From: a virus
Taxonomy: Duplodnaviria; Caudoviricetes
Reading direction: 5' to 3' (one strand)
Length of the DNA: 25,106 nucleotides
Virus record (IMG/VR): IMGVR_UViG_3300013767_000024
Location: 1-25,106 of that record
The translations under genes were made by a program, and so were the position numbers. Each line of letters starts with the position of its first letter. Within the stretch, counting starts at the first letter, position 1. The notes beneath the pieces are model-generated. The model worked only from the letters and a program-made list of their open reading frames with translations. It had not been told where the DNA came from and did no database searches. Positions 1-9,627 of the stretch are shown here, piece by piece.

Positions 1-233
1 GTACTCAGGTGCCGGTAGCGGCAACTCCGTCGCCAGCGCCGGCCACTACTCCGGCACCCACGCCCGCGCCAGTCGTCACGCCCACGCCGAAGCCGCCAAC
101 ACCCATCCTCATTGAGGTCTACGGCGACGACCATCTTCAGTTGGTTGGTCGTCGAAGTGCTGAGGCTTTTTCCAGTGCTACGACGACTCGTGCCTTGACG
201 TTGCTGCGCGCTTGGCAGCCTACCAGGCGATAG
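1..233 (+). pseudogene. 3' part of a Pro/Thr-rich ORF entering from the left edge; possibly a truncated SGNH/GDSL-hydrolase-like exported protein
   Basis: Frame is open from base 3. A PAPATTPAPTPAP linker is followed by ILIEVYGDD, which resembles SGNH block I (GDS). The sequence then loses protein-like character and overlaps the convergent gene's 3' end. Confidence 0.35.
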
Positions 234-753
234 CCTGCACCGCAGCCGCACCCGTCGCCGCGCGGACCTGTTGTTTTAGACTCGTCTTCTTAACGAATGC
301 AGCCTGCCCTTGCGCCAGCATGGCGGCGGCGAGCCCCTGCAACTGGGTAAATGTCATCTGAACTTGGACATTGTTCGCATCGAGCCAGAACATGCCAGCC
401 GGAACCGCCCCAGCCACAAGGCTCTTGGCGAGCACGTCTTGACTGCTCTGGTCGGCCTGGAATGTCGCGCCCATGTAGCTGACCGGCTGCTGGATCGTCG
501 CTTGGTAGGCCGCCTCTATCAGCGAGATTTGAGCGGCCTGAGCCTGCGCCAGTAGTTGCGCGGCCGTGGGCGCTGCCGGCGTGACCAACGCGCCGGCAAT
601 CACTTTGCAACCAGAACTCCCAAGTGACGCCTGATATTGCGCGTCGCTGATCTGGATGACATTCGTGACGCCAGTTGGCACTGGACTGTCGACACTGTCG
701 AAATAACCAGTAATGCTGCCCTGCACATCGTACATTGCGAATTTCTGCCCCAT
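220..753 (-). CDS. Tail fibre assembly/chaperone protein (DUF4376-like)
   Basis: Likely start MGQKFAMYD (ATG 753, AAGGGAAAGAG upstream). Contains FQADQSS...FWLDANNVQVQMTFTQLQGL and ends VQAIAW. Lies directly after the tail fibre gene. Confidence 0.75.
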   Translation of the reverse strand: MGQKFAMYDVQGSITGYFDSVDSPVPTGVTNVIQISDAQYQASLGSSGCKVIAGALVTPAAPTAAQLLAQAQAAQISLIEAAYQATIQQPVSYMGATFQADQSSQDVLAKSLVAGAVPAGMFWLDANNVQVQMTFTQLQGLAAAMLAQGQAAFVKKTSLKQQVRAATGAAAVQAIAW

Positions 754-769
754 CTCTTTCCCCTTGTAG

Positions 770-2083
770 TTACCAGCCAATAGAAACCCAGTATGCCGTC
801 CCGCTATACGAACTGGCACATGCGAATAGGAAGTTGTTGTTTGTATTCGAATTCACCCAAATCACGTTGTTCTGGCCGCTCACGGCAACTGTAGAGAGTG
901 CCGCGTTGGGATAGCTGATGTTGAATGGAATGACCGCCCCGCCAGTCGTCGGGGTTGCCGCTCCCCACTGGATAATCAGCGTGCGAAGCGCGCCCCCAGC
1001 CATTACGGGGATCTTGGCGTAGCCGTTTGTAACGAGGGATGCAAGAAACTGGCTAAGATTCGGCGCATGCTGGCTCTGCGTGGCGGGGGCGACCTGCAAT
1101 GCTCCGCCGCTCGAATCTAGCATGACATACGAGCCGCCACCGATCGACGAGTTCCACTGAGCCCACACGTCGCCGTTCTGGACAGTTTCGCCACCTTGCA
1201 GCGCCGCGTGGGCGCCTCCAACCACGGAGACAGGACCAAGTCCATCGTCGAGCGTCAGGGCGCCGGTATTGGCTGCTGGTGCCTTGTAGCGGATCACCAT
1301 GCCATCCACGCGCTGCGTCAACTTAGGGGTCAGCGCGACTACGTGCGCGTTGGCAGTGCCGGTTGCAACAGCGTAAGAGAGGTTCCCGGTCTGGATCGAT
1401 GTCAGCAGCGACGACGGCAGGATCGGCGCGCCAGCGTACTGCGTGATGTTGCTGGCTGTGATCGTGCTCTGGCCGTTGGCAACGGTGACAACCCACAGGC
1501 CAGTCCAGCCGGCGTCAGGCGCAGGAGTGGTCTGCGAGCCGGTCGTCGCAGCTGTCCCGGGCTTGATCTGTAGCGATACGACGCCCTTGCGGAACGTGGT
1601 GCTGGTCTGGCCGTTCCCACCCGGCCCGCTCCATGGCTGCGTCGAGTTCGACGCGTTGAAGAACTGAAGCACCACCGGCGTCGTTCCCGTGGTCGGATCG
1701 ATGCTGACGTCCGAGTCAGCATACTGGGCCTCGATCAGGTAGTTGACCGACTGACCCGCAGTGCCAGGCGCGGGCAGCGCGCCAGCTGCCGTGGTGAACG
1801 CATCCAGCAGGATGCCCTGCTTCAGGATCTGGTGAGTCGAGTCCGCCGGCAGAGTGCCGCACTGGCTCGCCTCAAGGTTGGCCTGCGAATAGATCTCGCC
1901 CGGGTTGATCACCACCTGCATGGAGGCAGGCCCGGTCGGCACACAGGAGAGGCCGTTGACGAGTGTCGCCGTGCCGAACAGAGCCGCCGCCAGCTTGCCT
2001 AGCGCCGTCATCTTGTTCTGGTCCGGCTTCGTGAACATCCACTCGTAGATGGATTCCCCGACGTTGCTAATTACGCGATCCAT
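770..2083 (-). CDS. Tail fibre protein with C-terminal gp53-like domain
   Basis: N-terminal baseplate-anchoring region (QTTPAPDAGWTGLWVVTV). C-terminal NGYAKIP...LIIQWG...FNISYPNA...YWVSIGW motif. Follows the baseplate genes. Confidence 0.85.
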   Translation of the reverse strand: MDRVISNVGESIYEWMFTKPDQNKMTALGKLAAALFGTATLVNGLSCVPTGPASMQVVINPGEIYSQANLEASQCGTLPADSTHQILKQGILLDAFTTAAGALPAPGTAGQSVNYLIEAQYADSDVSIDPTTGTTPVVLQFFNASNSTQPWSGPGGNGQTSTTFRKGVVSLQIKPGTAATTGSQTTPAPDAGWTGLWVVTVANGQSTITASNITQYAGAPILPSSLLTSIQTGNLSYAVATGTANAHVVALTPKLTQRVDGMVIRYKAPAANTGALTLDDGLGPVSVVGGAHAALQGGETVQNGDVWAQWNSSIGGGSYVMLDSSGGALQVAPATQSQHAPNLSQFLASLVTNGYAKIPVMAGGALRTLIIQWGAATPTTGGAVIPFNISYPNAALSTVAVSGQNNVIWVNSNTNNNFLFACASSYSGTAYWVSIGW

Positions 2084-2094
2084 GGCATGCCCAT

Positions 2095-2119
2095 AAAAAA
2101 AGCCCGCACGCGGCGGGCT
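2095..2119 (-). terminator. Intrinsic terminator-like hairpin inside the late operon
   Basis: Minus strand AGCCCGC-CGCGT-GCGGGCT followed by TTTTTT. Confidence 0.75.
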
Positions 2120-2141
2120 GCTTTCGGTTGATGAAAAGGGG

Positions 2142-2861
2142 TCAGTTCGTGATGGCGGTCCACGGGATGGTGGCCGCCGGCTTTACAGAGTCGATCGCCG
2201 CGTAGATGTCGGCGTCGGTTGCGACTGAGTTTTGGTAGGTCAGCGAGTTCATGTAGGACTTCGCCAGCGGCGTATTCAGCGCCGCCTGCGTGGGCGCCTG
2301 CGTGAACGCGCCACCGGCCGAGCCACCTGATACTTGCGCTCGGTAGGCGATGATGAGCGCCGTATATGGGACAGCCATAGAGGCCATGCGCGCCGGCCCC
2401 GTGTACATGCCCGTCTGGATGCCCATGTAGTTCTGGCCACCAGCCGCCGGCATACCCATGATCGCGACGTCTGCCGGCCGGTTTGGCTCAAAGATGACCG
2501 GCGCGCGTCCGGTGATATCCGTCAGTACCTTGATGATCGCCCGCCGCGTCCCGCGCTCGCGGAACATGTTCGCGATGATGTTGGCGCGAAACGAGGCGTC
2601 CGACTGGTTCGCCTTGCGCTGCAGCGTCGAGCCGAAGAAATCCGCGGCGATCATGTCCAGCCAGCCATCCGTGGCGGTCAGGATCCGTGTCTGCAGCTTC
2701 GCGTACGCATACAGCGAATAGACGAAGCTGAGCGCCGTCGCGATGCCTGCTAGCAGCGAGTCCGCTGCCGGCACGGAGTCAGCGGTAGAGCCAAACCAGC
2801 GCGATGGCAGAGACGACTTCAGGCGCGCGAATACATCGTTGTTGTCGCCGATACTCATCAC
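2142..2861 (-). CDS. Baseplate wedge protein (P2 gpI / Mu gp48-like)
   Basis: TATDGWLDMIAADFFG...RERGTRRAI motif. ATGA overlap with the baseplate J gene. Confidence 0.75.
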   Translation of the reverse strand: MMSIGDNNDVFARLKSSLPSRWFGSTADSVPAADSLLAGIATALSFVYSLYAYAKLQTRILTATDGWLDMIAADFFGSTLQRKANQSDASFRANIIANMFRERGTRRAIIKVLTDITGRAPVIFEPNRPADVAIMGMPAAGGQNYMGIQTGMYTGPARMASMAVPYTALIIAYRAQVSGGSAGGAFTQAPTQAALNTPLAKSYMNSLTYQNSVATDADIYAAIDSVKPAATIPWTAITN

Positions 2862-3985
2862 GCCACCGTCACGGTTCCAAACTTCACGATCTGCTGGCTC
2901 GTCGCCGCCAAGTCGGCCGTGCCGCCGTTGAGCGTTGTGCCCGTCACGTTGGTAACCCCGGGCGAAGCGTCATAGGCGACCTGCGCCAGGCGCGTGTAGC
3001 TCAAGGTCTGGCCGATAGCCAGCGAGTTGATGTAGTTCTGGAGCGCTGTCTGCACCAACCCCACCACGACCGAGTGGCTGTAGCCTGACGCTGTCGCGAT
3101 CGTCATGGCCACGTTAGCGGTCACCACCACGGGGGCAAACACCGCAAACGTCGAGGTGAACGGCCGAACGGCATCGATCGCGTTCGACACGGACGAGAGC
3201 AGCGTGCTGGGCGGGCTGCCCGTGCCGTCGTCGACTACAGCGTAGAAGTACCCGGCCTGAGGCAAGCCACCATATGTCTGGTTTTCCACCAGTACGTAAC
3301 TGAGCCCCTGCTTCACCGCCAGGATCGCGTTTCCGATAGCCGTCTTCACGGCCTTCGATAGGCCGTTGATGTACGTAATGAACCGCGCGCGGAAAGCGCT
3401 GTCGGACTCGGCATCCGTGCCGTTCGTGAAGGCGGCGGCGTTGATCACGGTATCCACGAACTGGATTGCCTGCGTGAGCATCGTGATCGTGTTGGCGAGC
3501 ACGTTGGTCGCTGCCCCGGTGTTGACCGCCTGAACGGTCGCTACAGCGCCGGCTATTCCTGCGGCGATCACATATCCGCCGAGCGTGGCACTGTAAGCTG
3601 GCTGGGTCGTGTCGGCAATTACCGTGAACTGCTGCGTGCCGTCGGCAGTCTGGATGATCGTCCCGACAGAAATGACTGCCTGATACGTCGACGTGAAGCG
3701 CGAAAACGTGACCTGCCCGGTCGATGCGGTGGCCGCGAGCCTGACCAGGCCATAGTCGAGCATCCAGCTATCGAGGTCCGCGCCGCTCGACGTTGCCGCG
3801 CGCGTGGCCTGCAACAACAGCAGGATCAGGCTTTCCAGCCAGATCACGACCTGTGCCGTCGACTCGACCACTGCGCGCGTCACCGAGCCCAGCGTGAAGT
3901 CGACGAGCACCTTGGCCTTCTGCTGGACGGCCGTCGCCATGTTCTGGATGGTGGTCGGCAGATCCCACGAAGTGATTTGAGGCAT
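2858..3985 (-). CDS. Baseplate J/gp47-family protein
   Basis: DFTLGSVTRAVVE, ATSSGADLD and NGTDAESDSAFRARF motifs typical of gpJ; synteny. Confidence 0.92.
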   Translation of the reverse strand: MPQITSWDLPTTIQNMATAVQQKAKVLVDFTLGSVTRAVVESTAQVVIWLESLILLLLQATRAATSSGADLDSWMLDYGLVRLAATASTGQVTFSRFTSTYQAVISVGTIIQTADGTQQFTVIADTTQPAYSATLGGYVIAAGIAGAVATVQAVNTGAATNVLANTITMLTQAIQFVDTVINAAAFTNGTDAESDSAFRARFITYINGLSKAVKTAIGNAILAVKQGLSYVLVENQTYGGLPQAGYFYAVVDDGTGSPPSTLLSSVSNAIDAVRPFTSTFAVFAPVVVTANVAMTIATASGYSHSVVVGLVQTALQNYINSLAIGQTLSYTRLAQVAYDASPGVTNVTGTTLNGGTADLAATSQQIVKFGTVTVA

Positions 3986-3999
3986 GGCGTCCAGAAATG

Positions 4000-4024
4000 A
4001 AAAAACCGCCCGAAGGCGGTCTTG
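4000..4024 (-). terminator. Intrinsic terminator-like hairpin after the HNH gene
   Basis: Minus strand ACCGCC-TTCG-GGCGGT followed by TTTTT. Confidence 0.8.
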
Positions 4025-4042
4025 TGTTGGTTAGACGGATGC

Positions 4043-4576
4043 TCAAAGAAGCATCCCTCTCTCTTGCATAAAGTCGATTGGGTGTTTAGCGGCCTTTGCC
4101 CTATTGCATGGCGGGCAAAGCAACTGAATGTTCTCGATATCGCTGCCGCCACCCGTGGCTACTGGGTAAATATGGTCGATCTGATATTCGATAAGGCATG
4201 AGCTGCAAACTGCGCACTTGCCGCGTTGTTTGCTGTGCAACTCCTTTATCTGCTCGGGCGAGAAGGAGCCTCCATTACCTGCAATCCTTGCGCGACGCCT
4301 GTGAAATCTAGCTCTGGAGATTTCCGCAAACCTCTCCGGATTGTTCTTGCGCCACGCATCAGCTCTTGCAATCACATGAGCGCGATTCTTTTCGTACCAG
4401 TCTTTGGAGCGCTGCTTCGCGCCCTCGTCGGTATAGGTTCCGCGCGCTCTCCGTTCTTTCACGTCATTCGCATGGCACTTCTTGCAACATGGCCCATACC
4501 CTGATTTGCTGTCTGCCCGCTTTACAAATTCTTGGAGCGGCTTGACGCAACCACATTTATTGCAGCACTTAGCCAT
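4043..4576 (-). CDS. Free-standing HNH endonuclease with N-terminal Cys-rich (zinc-binding) domain
   Basis: CAVC...IDHIYPVATGG...ENIQLLCPPCNRAK is a canonical HNH core. N-terminus has CNKC...CKKC. Visibly more AT-rich than its neighbours. Confidence 0.92.
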   Translation of the reverse strand: MAKCCNKCGCVKPLQEFVKRADSKSGYGPCCKKCHANDVKERRARGTYTDEGAKQRSKDWYEKNRAHVIARADAWRKNNPERFAEISRARFHRRRARIAGNGGSFSPEQIKELHSKQRGKCAVCSSCLIEYQIDHIYPVATGGGSDIENIQLLCPPCNRAKAAKHPIDFMQERGMLL

Positions 4577-4970
4577 TTACATTGAAGCTCAAGGTCACAG
4601 GCGCCCCAGTCCCGGCCAGCGTGTACCGGATGTAGACGGAGATCGTCTTCGGGTCAGGCTGCGTCACCGTGATCTGCGGCTCCGGGTTCCTCGCAACCGA
4701 GTCCTCCAACAGCATCTGCCCCCGGATCAGCGCGCGCAGCTTCGCCGGGTCCACGGCTTGGCCGACGTATCGCGCCAGCCCGGCGCCATAGGTCGGGTGC
4801 AACGCATAGTCAGGCGGCCCATTGGCGTCGAGCGGGTTGGTCAGCAGCCGGCGGATCACCCGCTGCTGGCTGCGCGTGGTTCCGTTCACCACCCCTAGGT
4901 CGCCGGTTGGACTCGTGACGATGTCCTGGCCCCATAGGTGGTTCAGGTCGTTCAGAAGTTGGACTGTCAT
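4569..4970 (-). CDS. Baseplate wedge protein gpW/gp25-like
   Basis: QRVIRRLLTNP...HPTYGAGL motif, 133 aa, directly after the spike gene. Confidence 0.85.
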   Translation of the reverse strand: MTVQLLNDLNHLWGQDIVTSPTGDLGVVNGTTRSQQRVIRRLLTNPLDANGPPDYALHPTYGAGLARYVGQAVDPAKLRALIRGQMLLEDSVARNPEPQITVTQPDPKTISVYIRYTLAGTGAPVTLSFNVNG

Positions 4971-5629
4971 CAGCCGCCCTTAACCGTTGTCGTGAGGTGC
5001 GATGCCCCCATCTGCTGATTGGGCGGCGACGTATTGCCACCGTCGTGCTCCGGGTGCGTATGGCCGTTAAACAGCGCCATGAAGGCCGAAGTAACGAACG
5101 ACAGCAGCGACTGCGCGGCCGCGCCAAGCTGAATCGACGGCGCCGTGATGCTTGCTGTGCCGCCGGCCTGCACGTTGACGTTTCCGGTGGCCTGAATGTT
5201 GATCGTCGGCGCTGTGAGGTCTATTTCGAGCTGCCCGTTGAGAGCAACCTTGCCGTCGTTCGTGAGTTTGATAAAGCCGAGTGTCTTGTGCACCAGCCAG
5301 AACTCCCCAGACGCCGCAGCCGGAGGCTGCTCGACGTCAGTGAAGAACCGCCCGATCACCACCCCGGCGTCCTGGTCCTCGCGATCAAACGCGACGATGA
5401 CCTGGTCACCGATGGTGGGCGCCGCTACCAGTCCCCAGCCGGACCCGATATAGGTCGACGCCAGTGGAATCCAGCCCGAGCTCTCCACCGTGTCGGGCCA
5501 GAACTTGACCCTGACGGCGTACTTGTTCGGGTCGTAGGCCGTGATCTGTCCGACGCGGTGCGTCGTCTTTTCGCCCTGCGCCATCTGGGCGTGCGCGCGC
5601 ATCGCGTTGGCTAGATTGGCAATGCTCAT
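4970..5629 (-). CDS. Baseplate spike protein (P2 gpV / Mu gp45-like)
   Basis: OB-fold signature (SGWIP...APTIGDQV), beta-helix repeats and a C-terminal FNGHTH HxH metal-binding tip motif. Confidence 0.92.
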   Translation of the reverse strand: MSIANLANAMRAHAQMAQGEKTTHRVGQITAYDPNKYAVRVKFWPDTVESSGWIPLASTYIGSGWGLVAAPTIGDQVIVAFDREDQDAGVVIGRFFTDVEQPPAAASGEFWLVHKTLGFIKLTNDGKVALNGQLEIDLTAPTINIQATGNVNVQAGGTASITAPSIQLGAAAQSLLSFVTSAFMALFNGHTHPEHDGGNTSPPNQQMGASHLTTTVKGG

Positions 5630-6771
5630 GACGGAATCACCGAGGTGTCGAGACTGTGGTTCTTGCCGCGGACCGCCATCCGGTAGGCGCCGTCGAAGCT
5701 CATTCGCCGCGAGACCGACTCGACGTAGTAGAGCGAGTCAAATGGCGTCTGCGTGCCAGCCACCTGCATCATCACGTTCGGCACCAGGATGTTGTCGCCC
5801 GGCAGGTTGGCGCTCATCTTCAGCTCGTGCCGGATGATGTCGTTGTAGATCTTCGCTGCCCGTTCCTGCGCGTCCTGCTGCGTGAGGTTGGCGATGATGT
5901 AGCTGTACACCTGCTCTGGCGCCTTCGCGGTGCCCGGCGTAATGCCCTTGGCCTTCCCCTGCGGGTAGGTCACGCTGAATCCGGCCTTCTGCTTGTGGTT
6001 CCAACTGTGCACCTGCACGACCACGCCCTTGCCCACCGTCAGCGTGCGCGAGAACGACAGATCGAGCACGTTTGCCTGGAAGAAGCCAGTGTTCTGGTCC
6101 GGGTTCTGCCACTGAATCAGGTACGGTGTCGCCGACTTCGGATCCGGCTTCGGTCCGAAATACAGTGTCAGGCCCTGCACGTAGACCACATAGTCGTAGA
6201 TCCCGGCGAGCCAGGTCAGCAACTCCCATTCCGTCGAGCCGTGACGGTCGTGGATCTTGTCGATCTCGTAGAACTTTCCGACGAGCCCCTGCGTCGGCGT
6301 GACCTGGGGCGTCAGGCCGTGCCGCTTGGCCAGCGCCGTGGCGATCTCGCTCGCCGTCTGGTTGGTCCAGCGGTCAAACGTCTTCGCATCGATGAGCAGC
6401 GACGTATAGTCACGTCCCGTCAGATCAACCGTGCGCCCAGACGGATCGAAAGTGATGGTGTCGACGTTGCCGACGATCAACTGCTCCATGTCAGCGTCGC
6501 CGTACAGGTCCGGATTCGGCGGGAATCCAGCGTAAATCTGCGCTTGGATCGGGTTGGTGCCGAGGATGTAGTCCAGGTTGGCCGGGTCCTGCAGTGCCGA
6601 AATAGGCAGTCGCATGCGGAAGGTGCTGGCCGAGTGCCAGACGTTCTGCTCGACCTCCCAGTCGACCCACGGCACCCGGGTACCTGACAGGCTCGGTGAC
6701 CCGAGAAACACGAGCCCCCGCGGCGACCTCGCGCTCGGCACCGCAGGCACGACGTTCAGACTGTTAGCCAC
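5626..6771 (-). CDS. Baseplate hub protein (P2 gpD / Mu gp44-like)
   Basis: 381 aa with LTGRDYTSLLID...NQTASEIA...LYYVESV motifs; lies between the LysM protein and the spike. Confidence 0.85.
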   Translation of the reverse strand: MANSLNVVPAVPSARSPRGLVFLGSPSLSGTRVPWVDWEVEQNVWHSASTFRMRLPISALQDPANLDYILGTNPIQAQIYAGFPPNPDLYGDADMEQLIVGNVDTITFDPSGRTVDLTGRDYTSLLIDAKTFDRWTNQTASEIATALAKRHGLTPQVTPTQGLVGKFYEIDKIHDRHGSTEWELLTWLAGIYDYVVYVQGLTLYFGPKPDPKSATPYLIQWQNPDQNTGFFQANVLDLSFSRTLTVGKGVVVQVHSWNHKQKAGFSVTYPQGKAKGITPGTAKAPEQVYSYIIANLTQQDAQERAAKIYNDIIRHELKMSANLPGDNILVPNVMMQVAGTQTPFDSLYYVESVSRRMSFDGAYRMAVRGKNHSLDTSVIPS

Positions 6772-7717
6772 TCAGCACCCCACCAGCGTTATCCGGGCGA
6801 ACCGGCACATTCAGCGTCTGCACACCCTGCACTACCGGGTCCGTGATCTTGTTGGCCTTCGCGATGCCCGTCCAGGCCATGGCGTCGCCGTACACATTCG
6901 CGGCGATCTGCATGAGGTTGCCGCCGGCCGTCGTGAGCGACTGCGTCGCGCCAGACACGCCGCTGAGGTTCGTCGCGATGCGCCCCATCACCGACTGCAG
7001 GTTGTACAGCGGCGGCAGGCTCTGGAACGACGCCACCTGAGACGTCAGCTTCGCCGCCGCCGTCGAGATCGGGTTGTTCGGCACGAGGCCGCCGAGCGTG
7101 GTGACGTTCGCGATCGTGTTCGACGCGCTGGCGATCAGCGTCGATACCTGCGTCTGCACCGCAGCGATGGGCGTCAGCACACTGTTGATCGTGCTCTGCG
7201 CCGCGCTGGCGAAGCTGGAAACCGACGCGATCGCCGAGTTGACCGTGCCCATCAGTCCCGTCAGCGTGCCGTTCCCGATTGACGAGACGAGCGAGTTCGC
7301 TGTCAACAGGTCGGCACCAATCAGGTCGTTGATCGACGGGCCGGCCAGCGACGTCTGCGGCTGCGAATGGTCGGCCACCACCTCGCAGATGATCCGATAG
7401 GGAATCTCCCACTCGCGTTCGAAATCGGCCTCGAAGCGCGCAACGAGCACGGTGTACAGCAGCTCCGACCACGCCAGCGGCAGCGCCTGGCCAGCGATAC
7501 GCATCGCGTCCAGATACCGCGCACGCTGCAGTGCATCCTTTCCCATGAACGTGCCGGACCACCGGAGCGGCAGGTCATCCCTGCCCATGGCGTGGACCTC
7601 GCGCGTGCCGCCGACCATCTTGTGCACCACTAGCTGCTGGCCGCCACCGAACGTGATGCGCTCTGGGAGCTCCAGATCCGTGAAAAGCACGTCGCCAAGG
7701 GAGAGAGTGATCGGCAT
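6764..7717 (-). CDS. Tail tube initiator-like protein with C-terminal LysM-like domain
   Basis: N-terminal gpU-like region. C-terminal GNLMQIAANVYGDAMAWTGIAKANKITDP is LysM-like. Follows the tape measure gene. Confidence 0.75.
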   Translation of the reverse strand: MPITLSLGDVLFTDLELPERITFGGGQQLVVHKMVGGTREVHAMGRDDLPLRWSGTFMGKDALQRARYLDAMRIAGQALPLAWSELLYTVLVARFEADFEREWEIPYRIICEVVADHSQPQTSLAGPSINDLIGADLLTANSLVSSIGNGTLTGLMGTVNSAIASVSSFASAAQSTINSVLTPIAAVQTQVSTLIASASNTIANVTTLGGLVPNNPISTAAAKLTSQVASFQSLPPLYNLQSVMGRIATNLSGVSGATQSLTTAGGNLMQIAANVYGDAMAWTGIAKANKITDPVVQGVQTLNVPVRPDNAGGVLSG

Positions 7718-7719
7718 GC

Positions 7720-9627
7720 TTATTTCGCGTAGGAGTGGCCGATCGGAGGTGCCGAGCGGGTAAAGTCAAAGCCCGAGTTGGTGGTCTGCGGAAGGCCAAG
7801 GCCGCCGGCCAGGTAGTCCGCTACCACCTCCCCGACCTTCTGCTTGTCGAGGTTGATCGTCGCCTGCAGCTTGATAGGCTGTTGCTGGCCAGACTTCACG
7901 TACGGGCTATCCCCGGGCGTCTTTGCCTCGGCATTGCCAAAGAGGTTGTTGCCGATCCAGCGTGGCAGCCACGTGTAACCGCGCCATGCCAGTGCGGCTT
8001 TGTCGCCGACACTGCTTTCCCGAGCGTCCGTGATCTGTCGGAGGATGCTTGTTCCAGACCTCAGCATCTCCGTGACGGCGGGCAGGATGTTCTTGCCGAA
8101 CTCCGTCTTAAAGTCCGTCCATGCCGCCTGGAAGTCCGCTTCCGCGCCGGTGGCCGTGCCCTTGGCGATCTCCAATGCAGCGTCGATGCCCAGAGCCTTC
8201 CGGAACGCCTCGCCGGCGCGCTTGATGACCTCTTCCTGCTGGTCGAACTTCGAGAACAGCGTGCCGCCGGTGCTGCCGAAGAACATGGCGTTCATCCGGT
8301 CGCGGTCGGTGTCCTTGTAGCCCTGCTTGTCGTAGTAGGGCCGGACGTACTTGAAGTAGTACTCGGCCGGGTTGGTCGCGTATTCATCGGCGTGCTGCAA
8401 CGGGTTTCCAAGGAAGCGCTTGATCCCGCCGTTGGCGTTCAACTGGACCTTGGACGCATCCCAGATGCCGGCCTGCATCAGCTCGTGCACCGCCTGGTTC
8501 GGCAACTTCACAATGCCGTTCATGCGGTTGTAGGAGGTGCGCATCGCAGTCGCGAAGGTGCCGCCCTTGAACTCGCCGATGATCGGCTCAAGCTCGGCGA
8601 TCGCATCCATGCCCATGCGCTGCACCGCGACACCGCCGGTGCGGTACATCTGGCGCAGTTGCTCCCAGTTCACCTGGCCGCCGGACGTCTGCGTCATTCG
8701 GAAGCCGAAATCCGCCAGCTTGGCGAACTGGGTTGTATCCCGGGCACCGCCCTGCAGCTCTACCGCGCGCAGCATCGCCAGCGACTCGTGCTCGAGCTTC
8801 GCCTTCGACTCAGTCGACAGGATGGAGCTGGCCGCCATCATCTTGGCGAGGAACGGCGCGGCCATCTTGGCGCCTGCCAGCGCATGCTCGTCGCTCTCGC
8901 CCGACTCGCGGAAAACGCCCTGCGCCTCGTTCATGAAGTGCATCGTCTGGATCTCAGACGTGCCGAACGCGCGCATCTTGTGCGCGAAGCCGTAGGCGCT
9001 GCGATTCTGTTCTTCGCTCAGGCCGTAGAGGCGGAACCGGGCCTGCTCGGTCTGCAAGTCCTTGGCCGAGTCGTAAAGCTGGTGCCCGACGTAGACTGCA
9101 GCGCCTGCAGCAGCCAGCGGGACCAGCATGTTCGTGCCCATGGCCATGCCGACACCGCCGATGCCGAAGCCATTGGGGCCGACGTGCATGTTGCCGCCGT
9201 GGATACGTCCACCGTGCCGGCCACCACCGCCGCCTGCGCCTGGCAGAAGCGGCGTGCCGCCCGCCCCCCGACCCAGACCACGGATGCCGGTCAGCGTTGC
9301 CGCAAGCGCCTTGGCCTGCGCATTGGCGGCGATCAGTTCGGCCTCGATGCCCAATCCGCCCGCCGGCATCGCGCCGCGCAGGGCGAACAGCCGGCTTTCT
9401 GCAATCCGCGCCTGGTCGCCGATATTCTTCAGGCTGCCGCCCAGCGACTTGGCCGACGCGGCGAGGTTGCGGACGCCCACCACCTCCGCCCCCATCTTCT
9501 GGAGGCGCTTGTTGATCTGCAGGATGGTCGAATCAACCTTCGCGAACTCGCGCGACAGCTGTAGCAGCTTGGGCGTGACGAGGTCCGTCAGCTTCAGCGT
9601 CGAGCCGATTTCGTAGACGTTGATCAT
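7720..9627 (-). CDS. Tail tape measure protein
   Basis: 635 aa, Ala/Gly-rich and helical, positioned between the tail chaperones and the baseplate module. Confidence 0.8.
   Translation of the reverse strand: MINVYEIGSTLKLTDLVTPKLLQLSREFAKVDSTILQINKRLQKMGAEVVGVRNLAASAKSLGGSLKNIGDQARIAESRLFALRGAMPAGGLGIEAELIAANAQAKALAATLTGIRGLGRGAGGTPLLPGAGGGGGRHGGRIHGGNMHVGPNGFGIGGVGMAMGTNMLVPLAAAGAAVYVGHQLYDSAKDLQTEQARFRLYGLSEEQNRSAYGFAHKMRAFGTSEIQTMHFMNEAQGVFRESGESDEHALAGAKMAAPFLAKMMAASSILSTESKAKLEHESLAMLRAVELQGGARDTTQFAKLADFGFRMTQTSGGQVNWEQLRQMYRTGGVAVQRMGMDAIAELEPIIGEFKGGTFATAMRTSYNRMNGIVKLPNQAVHELMQAGIWDASKVQLNANGGIKRFLGNPLQHADEYATNPAEYYFKYVRPYYDKQGYKDTDRDRMNAMFFGSTGGTLFSKFDQQEEVIKRAGEAFRKALGIDAALEIAKGTATGAEADFQAAWTDFKTEFGKNILPAVTEMLRSGTSILRQITDARESSVGDKAALAWRGYTWLPRWIGNNLFGNAEAKTPGDSPYVKSGQQQPIKLQATINLDKQKVGEVVADYLAGGLGLPQTTNSGFDFTRSAPPIGHSYAK

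Noticed and set aside
220-2083. Diversity-generating retroelement or invertible tail-fibre cassette
   Set aside because: No reverse transcriptase, TR/VR repeat pair, invertase or inverted crossover sites are visible in this window.
7735-9564. 609-aa plus-strand ORF, and similar long ORFs at 5656-6687, 11613-13115, 16508-17848, 18883-20253 and 20370-21866
   Set aside because: These are antisense shadows of well-supported minus-strand genes, expected from high-GC codon bias. They have no recognisable motifs.
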